64,000 bases of DNA from Gemmatimonadales bacterium (GTDB taxonomy: Bacteria; Gemmatimonadota; Gemmatimonadetes; Gemmatimonadales; GWC2-71-9): the NCBI GenBank assembly GCA_039794085.1, contig JBDIWC010000014.1, forward strand, positions 1 through 64,000. Reading direction: 5' to 3'. Every line of letters starts with the position of its first letter. Positions within the stretch are counted from its first letter, which is position 1. Positions 1 through 10,158 of this stretch are shown one piece after another. The notes under the pieces were generated by a model. That model saw only the letters and a program-made list of their open reading frames with translations, ran no database searches and was not told the DNA's origin. Made by a program: the position numbers and the translations under genes.

Positions 1-145
1 CCGAAGCCGGAAGAGCCCAACCCTGAAGTGGATGGACCCGTCTGGTGAACCCGAGTCAACTTGCTCCGTGGCCAAGCGGTTGACGCCGCTTCGGCCATGC
101 CGTTTGCACGGGAATTGGAGAAGAACCCGAACTTCAAACTTTCCA

Positions 146-171
146 TGGACCCCGGCCTTCGCCGGGGTGAC
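146..171 (-). repeat. REP-like palindrome (GTCA...TCCA type)
   Basis: Minus strand GTCACCCCGGCGAAGGCCGGGGTCCA; related copies at 15185-15210 and 13066-13091. Confidence 0.7.
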
Positions 172-204
172 GATCCGTGAGGAAACGGAATTCCCTGTGC
201 GTCA

Positions 205-280
205 CCGGTCATTGATCGTTGTTCACTGCTCCTTGGTCATTGGTCATTGTTCATTGGTCATTGGTCATTGGTCATTGGTC
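205..280 (+). repeat. Heptamer tandem repeat (TGGTCAT)n
   Basis: ttggtcattggtcattgttcattggtcattggtcattggtcattggtc with degenerate copies to the left. Confidence 0.85.
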
Positions 281-325
281 TTCCGGAATCGGGTCGGCAG
301 GGTAGATTTTCCCCTTGTGTCCCTG

Positions 326-1702
326 ATGCGTTCCTTCCTCCTCGCCTGCGTCCTCCTCCTTGTCCCCGGCACCCTCCCCCTGGCGGCCCAGGAGTGGATC
401 CACGACCTCACGTCCTCGCCGGACACCTATCTCGGCCAGGAGGTGACGGTTGAGGGTTTTGTGGCCGGAGGGCGGGCAGGAGTGGATGGGAAGGGCGGGT
501 CCTACTTCCTGGTGGATGCGAGCGACGCGGCGGGGATCCGGGTCCAGACCGGAGCAGTCCCCCCGGAGGGGGCCCGATTCGAGGTCAGAGGCCTCCTCCG
601 CCGGGGGGAGCGGGGCGAAGGGACCCTGGTCCTGGTGGAAACGGACCGGACGCGAATCGGATCGAGCCCGCTTCTCGTGACGGTGGCCGGCGGGTCGGCG
701 CTTCTCACCCTCCTCCTGCTCTTCCTGTTCTTCCGTGCCCGCCGCGCCGAACGGGAGCATGCCCTGGGGGCACCTCTCTGGCTTCTCCCCACGGCCGCCC
801 CGTCGCCCACGGGCGGGAGCGCGCTGCGGATGGACCCCACCCGGGACCGGATGGAGTTGGCCCTGGCCTCTCAGCTGGGGCGGCGGAAGCGGCGGCTTCT
901 TGTGGCGGTCGGCGCGATGACCATCGCAACATCGTCCAGCGCCGGGTGGGTTGCCTGGGCCGAGATGTCGGCAAGTTCCCGGACGGTGTTCTGGCAGCCC
1001 TCCGGTTTTGGGGCGTCCGACGAGGGGGTGGCAGACCCGCTCTCCCTCGCGGTTTCCCCCTCCCCATCCGACTCCGCTCCCACGGTTCTGGTGGTGACAC
1101 CTCCCCCCGCCACCCTCCCTCCGCCGACGCCCCGCCGACGCCAGCCGAGGGGGGGGACGGATGCACCCGAACGGCCCGTCCCCTCTTCCGTTGCTTCGAC
1201 GCCGTTGGCGCCGCCGAGTGCCGACACCCCCAGGGTCGTCTCGATCCCGGTTCTCCCCCCGGCGAGAGTACTCCCCCTTCCCCCGCCCCCACCCCCACCC
1301 TCGGTGGTGGATTCCGTAGGGGCCAGGGCACTCCGGGAGGAGCAACGAAAACTCGCCGCGGAGACGGCGGCACGGGCCTTGTTCACCCGTCTCCACGGAG
1401 CGATCACCCGGGGGGACCGGGCCGAACTTGCCCTCCTCTGGCCCCCGAACCTGGGTTCCCGCAGTTTCCGGAACCGGTTCCTGGACTTTGTGGACAACTT
1501 CCGGCCGGAGGCGGTCCCCGGACAGATCGAGTCTCCTGCTATACTTGGAGACGTGGCCCAATCGAGAGGCTCCATTGCGATGACCTGGCGGGGGGACTTC
1601 GGAGTGACCCGGACCGCCACCGCCGCCTTCGTCCTCGCCCTGCGCCGGTCGGGAGACTCCTGGTCCGTGGAGGGCATCCACCTCACGGACCGATTCCCGT
1701 GA
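326..1702 (+). CDS. Hypothetical membrane protein (signal peptide, OB-fold-like N-domain, TM helices, Pro-rich linker, NTF2/SnoaL-like C-domain)
   Basis: Signal-peptide-like MRSFLLACVLLLV at ATG 326; the upstream ORF extension runs through repeat DNA. Confidence 0.6.
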   Translation: MRSFLLACVLLLVPGTLPLAAQEWIHDLTSSPDTYLGQEVTVEGFVAGGRAGVDGKGGSYFLVDASDAAGIRVQTGAVPPEGARFEVRGLLRRGERGEGTLVLVETDRTRIGSSPLLVTVAGGSALLTLLLLFLFFRARRAEREHALGAPLWLLPTAAPSPTGGSALRMDPTRDRMELALASQLGRRKRRLLVAVGAMTIATSSSAGWVAWAEMSASSRTVFWQPSGFGASDEGVADPLSLAVSPSPSDSAPTVLVVTPPPATLPPPTPRRRQPRGGTDAPERPVPSSVASTPLAPPSADTPRVVSIPVLPPARVLPLPPPPPPPSVVDSVGARALREEQRKLAAETAARALFTRLHGAITRGDRAELALLWPPNLGSRSFRNRFLDFVDNFRPEAVPGQIESPAILGDVAQSRGSIAMTWRGDFGVTRTATAAFVLALRRSGDSWSVEGIHLTDRFP

Positions 1703-1737
1703 TGCTCCTCACAGCCCCGACACCGGGGAGGGTACTG

Positions 1738-2274
1738 ATGTCCCGACACCTGTCCACTCTCTGCCTCGCTCTGGCCCTCGTCCTGGCGGCCGTTCCCCTC
1801 CAGGCCCAGGCGCGCCAACGGCTCTCGCTCCAGGGCTCGGGGGCCGTTCTCTTTCCGACGACCGAGGACCCGACCTTCGAATCGGATACCCGGCTCGGAT
1901 GGGAAGCCCAACTTCGCTACACCTTCTCCCGGTTCTCCCTCGGGGGTGGCTATCAGCGGAGCCGGGTGTTCACGGCCACCAATCCGGACTTCGATCTGAC
2001 CCTCTCCCTCGTGTTTCTGGAGCCGCGGTATGTGCTGGTCGCCGGAAGCACGGTGGCCTTCTATGTGGCGGGACGGGTTGGCTTCGGAGACTTTGTCTGC
2101 TCCGAGCGGTGCAATGCGGAGACCTCCAAGATCACGGTGGGCGGGGGGGGCGGGTTTCTGGTCAAGTTGACGTCGCGATTCTCCCTCGACCTGGGGGGGC
2201 AGTGGTTCCAGGTGGATGACCAACGGAGTTCGAGTTATGGCATGGCCCGCGCGGGTCTGAGCATCGGGCTCTGA
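1738..2274 (+). CDS. Outer-membrane beta-barrel protein
   Basis: Signal peptide, alternating beta-strand pattern, terminal ARAGLSIGL, GGAGGG RBS upstream. Confidence 0.7.
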   Translation: MSRHLSTLCLALALVLAAVPLQAQARQRLSLQGSGAVLFPTTEDPTFESDTRLGWEAQLRYTFSRFSLGGGYQRSRVFTATNPDFDLTLSLVFLEPRYVLVAGSTVAFYVAGRVGFGDFVCSERCNAETSKITVGGGGGFLVKLTSRFSLDLGGQWFQVDDQRSSSYGMARAGLSIGL

Positions 2275-2303
2275 CCGGCGCGGCATCACTGAGGATCGGG
2301 GCG

Positions 2304-5300
2304 ATGATGCTGAGAGCACGCGTTTCTGCCGGCCTGACGGCATTGCTGTTCCTCGCGGGATGTTCCGGAGGCACCGGAGGTGTCGCCGACATCCTGATCG
2401 TGGCCCGGGTGGACGTGGCTCCCGCGCCGGGGTCGCTGACCGTGGGCCAGACCGTGCAGCTCACCGCCACCCCGCGGACGTCAAGTGGCATCGTGGTTCC
2501 GAACCGGACCATCACCTGGAGCAGCAGCATCCCCGCCTCCGCCACCGTCTCCACCACGGGTCTGGTGACCGCGGTGGCACCGTCCGCCACCCCGGTGGTG
2601 ATCTCGGCGAGGGCGGATGGGGTGACGGGATCGGTGTCGATCCAGATCGCCGAGGCCCCGGTGGCGAGCGTCACGGTCACGCCGCCGACCGCCAGCATCC
2701 GAACCGGCGAGACCGTCCAGTTGCAGGCCCAGGCGTTCGACGCCACCAACACTCCCCTCTCCCGTCCCCTTCTCTGGGCCAGCACCGCCCCGGCCGTGGC
2801 CAGCGTGGGGACGACGGGACTGGTGACGGGTCTCACGCCGGGGAACGCCAGCATCACCGCCTCGGCCGGAGGACAGAGCGGCTCCGCCTCGGTGACGGTG
2901 CAGGCCCGGACCGCGTCGCGGCTCGGATTCCTGGTGCAGCCGGGGGCCACGCCCGCGGGAGCGGCGATCACCCCTCCCCTCCAGGTGGCCGTCCTCGACG
3001 ACATCGGCGGCACGGTTCCCGGCGCCACGCACAGCATCACCGTGGCCCTCGGTGCCAACCCCTCGGGGGGCACGCTGGCGGGTCAACGGACCGTGAGTGC
3101 CGTCAATGGCGTGGCCACCTTCCCGGGGCTTCGCATCGACCGGGCGGGGACCAACTACTCCCTGAGTGCCAGCACCCCGGGCCTCCCCGCCGTTCAGAGC
3201 ATTCTCTTCGATGTCCTGGCCGGCAACGCGGGGGCCCTCCGTCTCGCCGTGCCTCCGCAAGGGCCGTTCACCGTCAACGCGGTGTGGCCCACGCCTCCCC
3301 AGATCCAGGTGGTGGACAATCTGCAGAACCCGGTGGCCACGGCGGGTGTGAACGTCACCGCCGCGATCACCGCCGGTCCCGCCGGAGCGACGCTGCTCGG
3401 AACCGTGACGGTGGCCACCAGCGCCACCGGACGCGCCTCGTTCTCCGACCTTCGAATTCTTGGCCTCGCGGGCACCTACACCGTGACCTTCAGCGCCCCG
3501 GGGCTGCAGGGGACCTCGACCGATCCCCTTTTTCTTGGACCGGGCACACCGTCCCAGATGACCATTTCCCAGGCTCCGTCCGGATCCGCATCCAGCGGCA
3601 TTGCGCTGGCCGTGCAACCGGCGGTGCAGATCCGGGATGTGGCCGGGAACCCGGTGAGCCAGGGCGGGATCCCGGTGGGCGCCACCCTCGTCGGGCCGGC
3701 GGGCGCCACGCTGGGGGGAGTCACCGCCGTGGCGACCAACAGCGCCGGGCTCGCCGTCTTCAGCAATCTCACGATCACCGGGCCCGCCGGGACCTACACC
3801 CTGCAGTTTTCCTCCGGTGCACTGACCCCGGTGAGTTCCCCGCCCATCAATCTGGGCGCGGGCACCGGATCCCGTTTGCGGCTCGATGCGGCTCCCTCCC
3901 CGAACGCCACCAACGGAATCCCGTTCACCGCCCAACCGGTGGTGCAACTGGTCGACGTCGGCAACAACCCGGTGGCCTCAGTGGTGCCGATCACCGTGAC
4001 CGCCACGGGTCCCGGCGCCATCCTGGGTGGAACCACCTCCCTTTCCACCACTGCCGCGGGACGGGCCACCTTCACCGATCTCCGGCTCACCGGCACCGTG
4101 GGAAGCTATCAACTCACGTTTACCTCCCCCGGTGTGACGGGCGTCACGTCCGGAACGATCACGCTCGCCCCCGGGGCGGCCACCCAGATGCTGCTGACCA
4201 CGGCCCCCACGGCGTCGCCGCAGAGCGGCGTGCCCTTCCCCACCCAGCCGGTGGTTCGCCTCGCCGACCTGACGGGCAACCTCGTCGCGCAGGCCGGTGT
4301 CGTGGTCGCCGCTGCCCGCACGTCCGGGACGGCCACTCTCTCCGGCACCCTCACCGCCACCACGGACGCCACGGGCACCGCCACCTGGACCGACCTCCGG
4401 CTCACCGGAACCGCAGGACCGCACGTGCTCACGTTCAGCGCCCCGGGGCTCACCAGCGTTTCCACCGGCACCCTCACGCTGACGGCGGGCCCGGCCACGA
4501 CCCTGGTCCTCACCACACAACCGCCGGCCACCGCCACCAACGGGGCCGCGTTCACCAGCAGCACCGTGGTGGCCTTGCGGGATGCCAGCAACAACCCGGT
4601 GTCCCAGGCCGGCGTACCCGTCAGCGCCACGATCGCGACGGGGGCCGGGGGAACCCTCGGTGGGACCCTCACTGTCAACACCGTCGCCAACGGGACCGCC
4701 ACCTTCAGCAACCTCACTCTGACCGGGACCTCGGGAGACTACACTCTCCAGTTTGCCGCGCCGGGAGTGACCGCCGTCGTCTCCACCACGATCACCCTCT
4801 CGGCCGGCACCGGGAGCAAGCTCGGCATCACCACGCAACCTCCGGGCACCGCCACCAATGGAGTGGCGTTCAGTCAGGCCCCGGTGATCCAGCTCCTCGA
4901 TGCCAGCAATAATCCCGTGCCGCAGAGCGGTGTGTCGGTCACGGTCTCGGTCCTCACGGGGAGCGGTACGCTCACGGGCACCCTGGTGCGGCAGACCAAC
5001 GGAGCCGGCGCCGCCACCTTCCCGGGCCTCGTGATCACGGGCACCGTCGCCGAGTCGCATACACTGCTGTTTGCGGCCCCGGGGTTCGTGGCGGTGCAGT
5101 CCAACGCCATCAATCTCGTGGCGGGTGCGGCGGCCAGCGTGAGCGCGAACACCCCGCTCAACCCCAGTGCCACGGTGGGGACGGCGGTGGCACCCGCTCC
5201 CTCGGTCAAGGTGACCGATGTGGGGGGGATCCCGGTGTCCGGAGTGAACGTGACGTTCACGGCGAGCGCGGGAAGCACACTGAATCCCCCGAGTGGGTCT

Positions 5301-7319
5301 GTGATTGCCACCAATGCCACGGGAGACGCGGGGGTGACCAGTTGGACACTCAGCACCACGGCGGGGCCCAACACACTCACGGCGTCAGTGGCCGGGGCCG
5401 GCTTTGTGGTCTTCACGGGGACCGGCACGGCAGGTCCTGCTGCCACGATTGCCGCGAGCAGCTCCCCGCCCCCCTCGGCCACGGCGGGGACCAGCGTCAC
5501 GCCGCCCGCCGTGCTCGTCACCGATACCAACGGCAATCCGGTCTCTGGCGTCAGCGTCACGTTCGCCATTACGGCGGGCGCTGGAAGCATCATGCCGGCC
5601 AATGGTCTGGTCACCACCAACGCAAGCGGCATTGCCGCCCTCACCACCTGGACCCTCGACGCCACCGTCGGTGCCAACACCGTGACCGCCACCGCCTCGG
5701 GCCTCGCCGGGAGTCCCGTCACCTTCACCGTGACCGGCACCGCCGGATCCCCCTCGAGTCTCGTCAGCAATAGCAGCACCAATCAGAGCGCCGCCGCGGG
5801 CACGGCGGTGGGGGACCCGCCCTCGGTCCTGGTTCGGGACAGCGGAAACAACCCGGTATCCGGGGTCGATGTCAGCTTCAGCGTCACCAGCGGCGGAGGG
5901 AGCATCAGCCCGGTGAGCGGGACCGTGACCACCGATGCGAGCGGGATCGCCACTCTCACGAGCTGGACCCTGGGGACTACCGCGGGCACCGACAACAACA
6001 CCGTGTCGGCCTCGATCGGCGCCCTCGGGCCGGTCGTCTTCACGGCCTCCGCCACGGCCGGTTCCGCTACGACGATCGCCGCGAGCAGCGCGCCGCCCGC
6101 CTCGGCGCCGGCCGGGAGCAGCGTCACGCCCCCCGAGGTCATCGTCACCGACGCCAACGGCAATCCGGTGGCGGGGGTCAGCGTCACCTTCACCATCACG
6201 GTCGGTGCGGGGAGCATCACGCCGGTCAGCCCTGCCACAATCACCACCAACGCGAGCGGCATCGCGGCGCTGACCGACTGGACCCTGGATGCGGCAGCCG
6301 GCACCAACACGGTGACCGCCACCGCCGCAGGCCTCGCCGGGAGTCCTGTCACCTTCACCGTGACCGGCACCGTCGGATCCCCCTCGAGTCTCACCAGCAA
6401 TAGCAGCACCAATCAGAGCGCCACCGCGGGCACGGCGGTGGGGGACCCGCCCTCCGTCCTGGTTCGGGACAGCGGAAACAACCCCGTATCCGGGGTCGAT
6501 GTCAGCTTCAGCGTCACCGCCGGCGGCGGGAGCATCAGCCCGGTGAGCGGGGCCGTGACCACCGATGCGAGCGGGATCGCCACTCTCACGAGCTGGACCC
6601 TGGGGACTACCGCGGGCACCGACAACAACACCGTGTCGGCCTCGACCGGCGCCCTCGGGCCGGTGGTTTTCACGGCCTCCGCGACGGCCGGAGCGCCAAC
6701 GAGCATGACGGCCAACAGCGCCGTGAATCAGAGTGCCGCCGTCAACACCGCCGTGGCGGCACCGCCCTCGGTCGTGGCCCGGGACGCCGGGAACAACCCC
6801 GTGGCCGGGGTGACCGTCACCTTCAGCGTCACCGCCGGCGGCGGGAGCATCGTCCCCGTGAACGGGATCGTCACGACGGACGCCGCCGGGATCGCCACTC
6901 TCACGAGCTGGACCCTGGGCGCTGCCGCAGGAACCAACAACAACAGCGTCACCGCGGCGCTCGCGGGTCTCCCCGATGCGGTCTTCACCGCCTCCGGCAC
7001 TGCGGGGCCCGCCGCAAAACTCGCCTTGACGCAGCCACCTTCGGCCAACGCCACGAGCGGGGTCGCCTTTGGCCAGCAACCGATTGTGCAGCTCCAGGAT
7101 GCCAACGGGAACGCGGTGAGCCAGATGGATGTGGTGATCACAGTAACCATCTCCGCGGGTCCGGGCGGAACTCTCGGGGGCACAGTGTCGCTCATGACCG
7201 CCGCGGATGGATCGGTGACTTTTACCGACCTGGTGATCACCGGGCCCCCGGGGGTCTACACGCTGAGTTTTGATTCGGCGGGGCTCACGAGTGTCACGGC
7301 CGATGTAACGATTTCCTGA
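2304..7319 (+). CDS. Large surface lipoprotein with bacterial Ig-like repeats (adhesin-like)
   Basis: Lipobox LAGC; Big_2-like VASVTVTP...W-S motifs, then many D.xGNPV.GV.V.F Big_1-like repeats; 1671 aa. Confidence 0.85.
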   Translation: MMLRARVSAGLTALLFLAGCSGGTGGVADILIVARVDVAPAPGSLTVGQTVQLTATPRTSSGIVVPNRTITWSSSIPASATVSTTGLVTAVAPSATPVVISARADGVTGSVSIQIAEAPVASVTVTPPTASIRTGETVQLQAQAFDATNTPLSRPLLWASTAPAVASVGTTGLVTGLTPGNASITASAGGQSGSASVTVQARTASRLGFLVQPGATPAGAAITPPLQVAVLDDIGGTVPGATHSITVALGANPSGGTLAGQRTVSAVNGVATFPGLRIDRAGTNYSLSASTPGLPAVQSILFDVLAGNAGALRLAVPPQGPFTVNAVWPTPPQIQVVDNLQNPVATAGVNVTAAITAGPAGATLLGTVTVATSATGRASFSDLRILGLAGTYTVTFSAPGLQGTSTDPLFLGPGTPSQMTISQAPSGSASSGIALAVQPAVQIRDVAGNPVSQGGIPVGATLVGPAGATLGGVTAVATNSAGLAVFSNLTITGPAGTYTLQFSSGALTPVSSPPINLGAGTGSRLRLDAAPSPNATNGIPFTAQPVVQLVDVGNNPVASVVPITVTATGPGAILGGTTSLSTTAAGRATFTDLRLTGTVGSYQLTFTSPGVTGVTSGTITLAPGAATQMLLTTAPTASPQSGVPFPTQPVVRLADLTGNLVAQAGVVVAAARTSGTATLSGTLTATTDATGTATWTDLRLTGTAGPHVLTFSAPGLTSVSTGTLTLTAGPATTLVLTTQPPATATNGAAFTSSTVVALRDASNNPVSQAGVPVSATIATGAGGTLGGTLTVNTVANGTATFSNLTLTGTSGDYTLQFAAPGVTAVVSTTITLSAGTGSKLGITTQPPGTATNGVAFSQAPVIQLLDASNNPVPQSGVSVTVSVLTGSGTLTGTLVRQTNGAGAATFPGLVITGTVAESHTLLFAAPGFVAVQSNAINLVAGAAASVSANTPLNPSATVGTAVAPAPSVKVTDVGGIPVSGVNVTFTASAGSTLNPPSGSVIATNATGDAGVTSWTLSTTAGPNTLTASVAGAGFVVFTGTGTAGPAATIAASSSPPPSATAGTSVTPPAVLVTDTNGNPVSGVSVTFAITAGAGSIMPANGLVTTNASGIAALTTWTLDATVGANTVTATASGLAGSPVTFTVTGTAGSPSSLVSNSSTNQSAAAGTAVGDPPSVLVRDSGNNPVSGVDVSFSVTSGGGSISPVSGTVTTDASGIATLTSWTLGTTAGTDNNTVSASIGALGPVVFTASATAGSATTIAASSAPPASAPAGSSVTPPEVIVTDANGNPVAGVSVTFTITVGAGSITPVSPATITTNASGIAALTDWTLDAAAGTNTVTATAAGLAGSPVTFTVTGTVGSPSSLTSNSSTNQSATAGTAVGDPPSVLVRDSGNNPVSGVDVSFSVTAGGGSISPVSGAVTTDASGIATLTSWTLGTTAGTDNNTVSASTGALGPVVFTASATAGAPTSMTANSAVNQSAAVNTAVAAPPSVVARDAGNNPVAGVTVTFSVTAGGGSIVPVNGIVTTDAAGIATLTSWTLGAAAGTNNNSVTAALAGLPDAVFTASGTAGPAAKLALTQPPSANATSGVAFGQQPIVQLQDANGNAVSQMDVVITVTISAGPGGTLGGTVSLMTAADGSVTFTDLVITGPPGVYTLSFDSAGLTSVTADVTIS
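5675..6691 (+). repeat. Near-identical intragenic duplication, period 630 bp
   Basis: ~5675-6061 recurs at ~6305-6691 (e.g. ...agcaatagcagcaccaatcagagcgcc...). Confidence 0.85.
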
Positions 7320-7548
7320 TCGGGTGGTTGACCACTCCAGGGAATCTCTGATCAATCGCCATCTCCGCGAAATACCACAGCACGCCGCGGGGACAAGGAA
7401 CCTCTCTCGGGCTCCCTGCACCCCTGCGCCTTGGCGCCTTTGCGTTGAGCTGTTCCTGGTGTGACGGGCAGCCGGGCGACCCGGGCAGGCTCCTCGCGTC
7501 GCTCGGGATGACGGGCATTGGCTGTCCCGTCACGTGAGCAGGGTCTCC

Positions 7549-7980
7549 CTAGAGGATCCGCAGCCCCGTCGAGGGAAGTGAGTGGCCGTGGACCAGGTCG
7601 GCCACGGTGGTGGTCGTGAAGAAGACCTGGAGTTGCTGGGACACCGCCTTCCAGCGCCAATGCGCGGGGCACGGGGCATCGTCCCGGCACTGTTTCCGGC
7701 CCATGAGGCAGGTGACGTCGCTGAAGGCCCCAAGAGGCTCCAGCAAGACGGCGAGGGTCAGTTCGGAGGCCGGGACGGCCAGGGCAAATCCGCCGTGGGG
7801 CCCGCGGGTGGACTTGAGCACCCCGGCCCTCACGAGCTGGTGCAGCGTCTTGGAGAGGTAGTTCCGCGGGAGTTCGAGGGTCTCGGCCATGGGACCCACC
7901 CGGACCGGGGTCCCCCCGGCGGCCGCGATGTACACCACGGCCCTCAGGGCGTATTCCCCGGTCTGCGACAGCGTCACCAT
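7549..7980 (-). CDS. Rrf2 family transcriptional regulator
   Basis: SQTGEYALRA, YLSKTL, STRGPHGGF wHTH motifs; C-terminal Cys cluster CLMGRKQC...CPAH. Confidence 0.9.
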   Translation of the reverse strand: MVTLSQTGEYALRAVVYIAAAGGTPVRVGPMAETLELPRNYLSKTLHQLVRAGVLKSTRGPHGGFALAVPASELTLAVLLEPLGAFSDVTCLMGRKQCRDDAPCPAHWRWKAVSQQLQVFFTTTTVADLVHGHSLPSTGLRIL

Positions 7981-8120
7981 CGTACACCACTCCGGGTGAA
8001 GGGTCGGTACCCCGCTCAGGGTCCGCCTAAGCTACACAGGCGCACCCCTCGTGGCTACCGACCCTCCAGCCGTCGGACAGTTCGCGGACGATTTCGACAC
8101 GACCCTTCACACTTCGCACT

Positions 8121-8148
8121 GTACGGGCCGTTCGCGAACGGCCCCTGC
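8121..8148. repeat. GTAG-type REP-like hairpin
   Basis: GTACGGGCCGTTCGCGAACGGCCCCTGC; related copy GTAGGGGCCGTTCGCGATCCGCCCCGAC at ~13095-13122. Confidence 0.6.
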
Positions 8149-8156
8149 GCACCTCC

Positions 8157-9260
8157 TCAGGGTCTCCGGCCTCGGAGGGCGTCCAGGACCCCCTTGGCGG
8201 CGCTCGCAGGGCTGGGCCCGCTCAGGGTGAGGTCCCGGAACCCGACAGTGTACTCGCGCGCCGTTCGGATCTGGTTCCGCGGGAGAATTTCCAACTCCTC
8301 CACCGCGAAGTCGAAGGTGTAGACGGTCCCCAACACGGCCCGCCCGGGCCGGAACGCCATCTGGAAGGTGGCATCCCGCGCCTCCCCCGGTTTGAGCCGG
8401 AACGACGGGTCGGCTCGCCTCCCCTGGGAGATCCCCATCCCCTTGAGATGGTTGCTCCCGCTCGGCCCGTAGCGGTTTCCCTGGTCATCGAGCGCCACCG
8501 CAGTGCCCCCGGCGTAGGCGAGGACCAGGGGCTCGGTGGACAGGTTGCGGAAGCGGACGGTGTAGGTCAGGACATGATAGTACGAGACCTTGCTGTCGGA
8601 GAACCTCGTGACCTCGGCCAGGAACGGACCGGTGGCATAGCATCGCGTCTTCTCCGCACAGGGATCGGCGGGAGGTTCGGGAGGAGTGGCGGATGAGGTG
8701 GGTGCGGCCGGCATCGGCGCCTCCGGAGCGACCGCCACCACGGGCGCGCCCAGACCTTCCCATTGCAGGGAGTGTTCCCGGCCGAGGCGCCACTGGTCGC
8801 CGGGGAGCGGATCGATCTCCCTCACGGCCATCTCGAGCACGAACCGGGTTCCCACGATCGCGTTGCCGGGGCGGAAGGCCAATTCCATCCGGGCATCCGC
8901 CGCCTCGCCGGGACGCAGGGTGAACTTGGCATCGAAGGTGTTCCCCCGCACCTCGCCGAGTCCGCGCAGGCTTTGCGGCTGGGCCTCGTAGCGATTCCCC
9001 TGGTCATCGGTTCCGAGGCCGGACCCCGCCACGTAGGCCAAGGTCAGAGGCCGGTCGGTGCGATTCTGGAAGCGCACGGTCACGCCGAGCATCCGGTAGT
9101 AGGACGCGGTGCTCTCGCGAAAATCAGTGAGGGTGGCCACGAAGGCGGATGTGGAGGTGCAGTGGGTCACCCCCTCGCAGGGATCGGCAGCCTGAGCAGG
9201 GGCTGTGGAGGGGAGCATCAGGGTCAGGAGAGCCATCGGAATCACGGTTCGGGCGGTCAT
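8157..9260 (-). CDS. Secreted hypothetical protein with two homologous Ig-like domains
   Basis: Signal peptide; duplicated ADPC.....C...F...VRF.N...L.LAY...DDQGNRY...F.L.PGEA..RE module; GGAGGA RBS. Confidence 0.75.
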   Translation of the reverse strand: MTARTVIPMALLTLMLPSTAPAQAADPCEGVTHCTSTSAFVATLTDFRESTASYYRMLGVTVRFQNRTDRPLTLAYVAGSGLGTDDQGNRYEAQPQSLRGLGEVRGNTFDAKFTLRPGEAADARMELAFRPGNAIVGTRFVLEMAVREIDPLPGDQWRLGREHSLQWEGLGAPVVAVAPEAPMPAAPTSSATPPEPPADPCAEKTRCYATGPFLAEVTRFSDSKVSYYHVLTYTVRFRNLSTEPLVLAYAGGTAVALDDQGNRYGPSGSNHLKGMGISQGRRADPSFRLKPGEARDATFQMAFRPGRAVLGTVYTFDFAVEELEILPRNQIRTAREYTVGFRDLTLSGPSPASAAKGVLDALRGRRP

Positions 9261-9390
9261 GGGCACTCTTCCTCCAGTCAGCAGGTTTGGCGGGCTTGCG
9301 TACCATTGCGCAGGCTCGAGGCGAAGGCTGTCATCCCACCGTGAAGCCAGGACGCGGATACCCTCTTCCGTGACCGTTGATAGGTGGTTC

Positions 9391-9565
9391 ACCACGGAGA
9401 CACAGAGGACACGGAGGGCCTGGCGCAGGCGAGGAGTTCCGGCCCGCCTGACAGGGGTACTGGGGCGGGGCCCCTGGCGGGGCCCCCCACCCCCTCAGGC
9501 CGGGATCGGATCGTGGAGCCCAGGCCGGCACGAGGTACCCTCTGTGACCTCTGTGTCTCGGTGGT
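9391..9565. repeat. 28-bp inverted repeat built from CACRGAG units
   Basis: ACCACGGAGACACAGAGGACACGGAGGG (9391-9418) pairs with 9538-9565, 3 mismatches. Confidence 0.75.
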
Positions 9566-9623
9566 TGATTCTTTTTTGGGGAATGAGGTTCAGCAGGGAG
9601 GGCGCATAGGTCACGGAGTGTCT

Positions 9624-9873
9624 CCTGAGCCGGCAGAGCCGGAACCAAAGAGGCGCCTCGGGATCGCGCGTGGGTTCCCCGGGGCTTTCGCCCCGGGAAA
9701 CCGATCGCACGGTCACCGCGCTCCGCGACGCGAATACTCCAGATCCCTCAAAGTCGGATGCCTTCCCAATCTCCGTCAAACACGCTGCCCGTAAGGGTTT
9801 CCGGGCGTCGCCCAAATATTGCTGCTTTTTTGTGTTCAATCTGGTCCGTATGTGTTCAATCTGGTCCGTAAGG
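9624..9873. mobile_element. MITE-like non-coding element, copy A
   Basis: Shares ends CCTRAGCCGGCAGAGCCGGAACCAAAGAGG and TTTTGTGTTCAA.CT.GTCCGTAAGG, plus internal blocks, with 40879-41202. Confidence 0.6.
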
Positions 9874-10158
9874 GACCAATGATTTCCATGGCTCCACCTC
9901 TTGCTCGCCGAGATCCTCCGTCCTCCGTGTCGCGGACGCCGATGGCCCTTCGGCGTCACCTGTGTCATCTGCGGTTTCATCGGTGTGGGAGGGATCGTGT
10001 ACGAGTATGCGTACGAGCACGTGTACGGGAACGACAGTCCTTCGCGCTCTTCGCGCTCTTCGCGGTTCAATCCGAGGAGAGGGGGCAGAATGGCAGAACC
10101 CCCGCCGACACCCATGGTTCAGGGCACCGGCGGGGGGGATTCCGGGACGTCGGGGCGG

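Noticed and set aside
1..48. 3' end of an upstream gene (PKPEEPNPEVDGPVW*)
   Set aside because: Too short to support and equally resembles the MITE left end
32..325. N-terminal extension of the first ORF
   Set aside because: Translates REP and heptamer repeats (SLVIGH repeats); the signal peptide begins at 326
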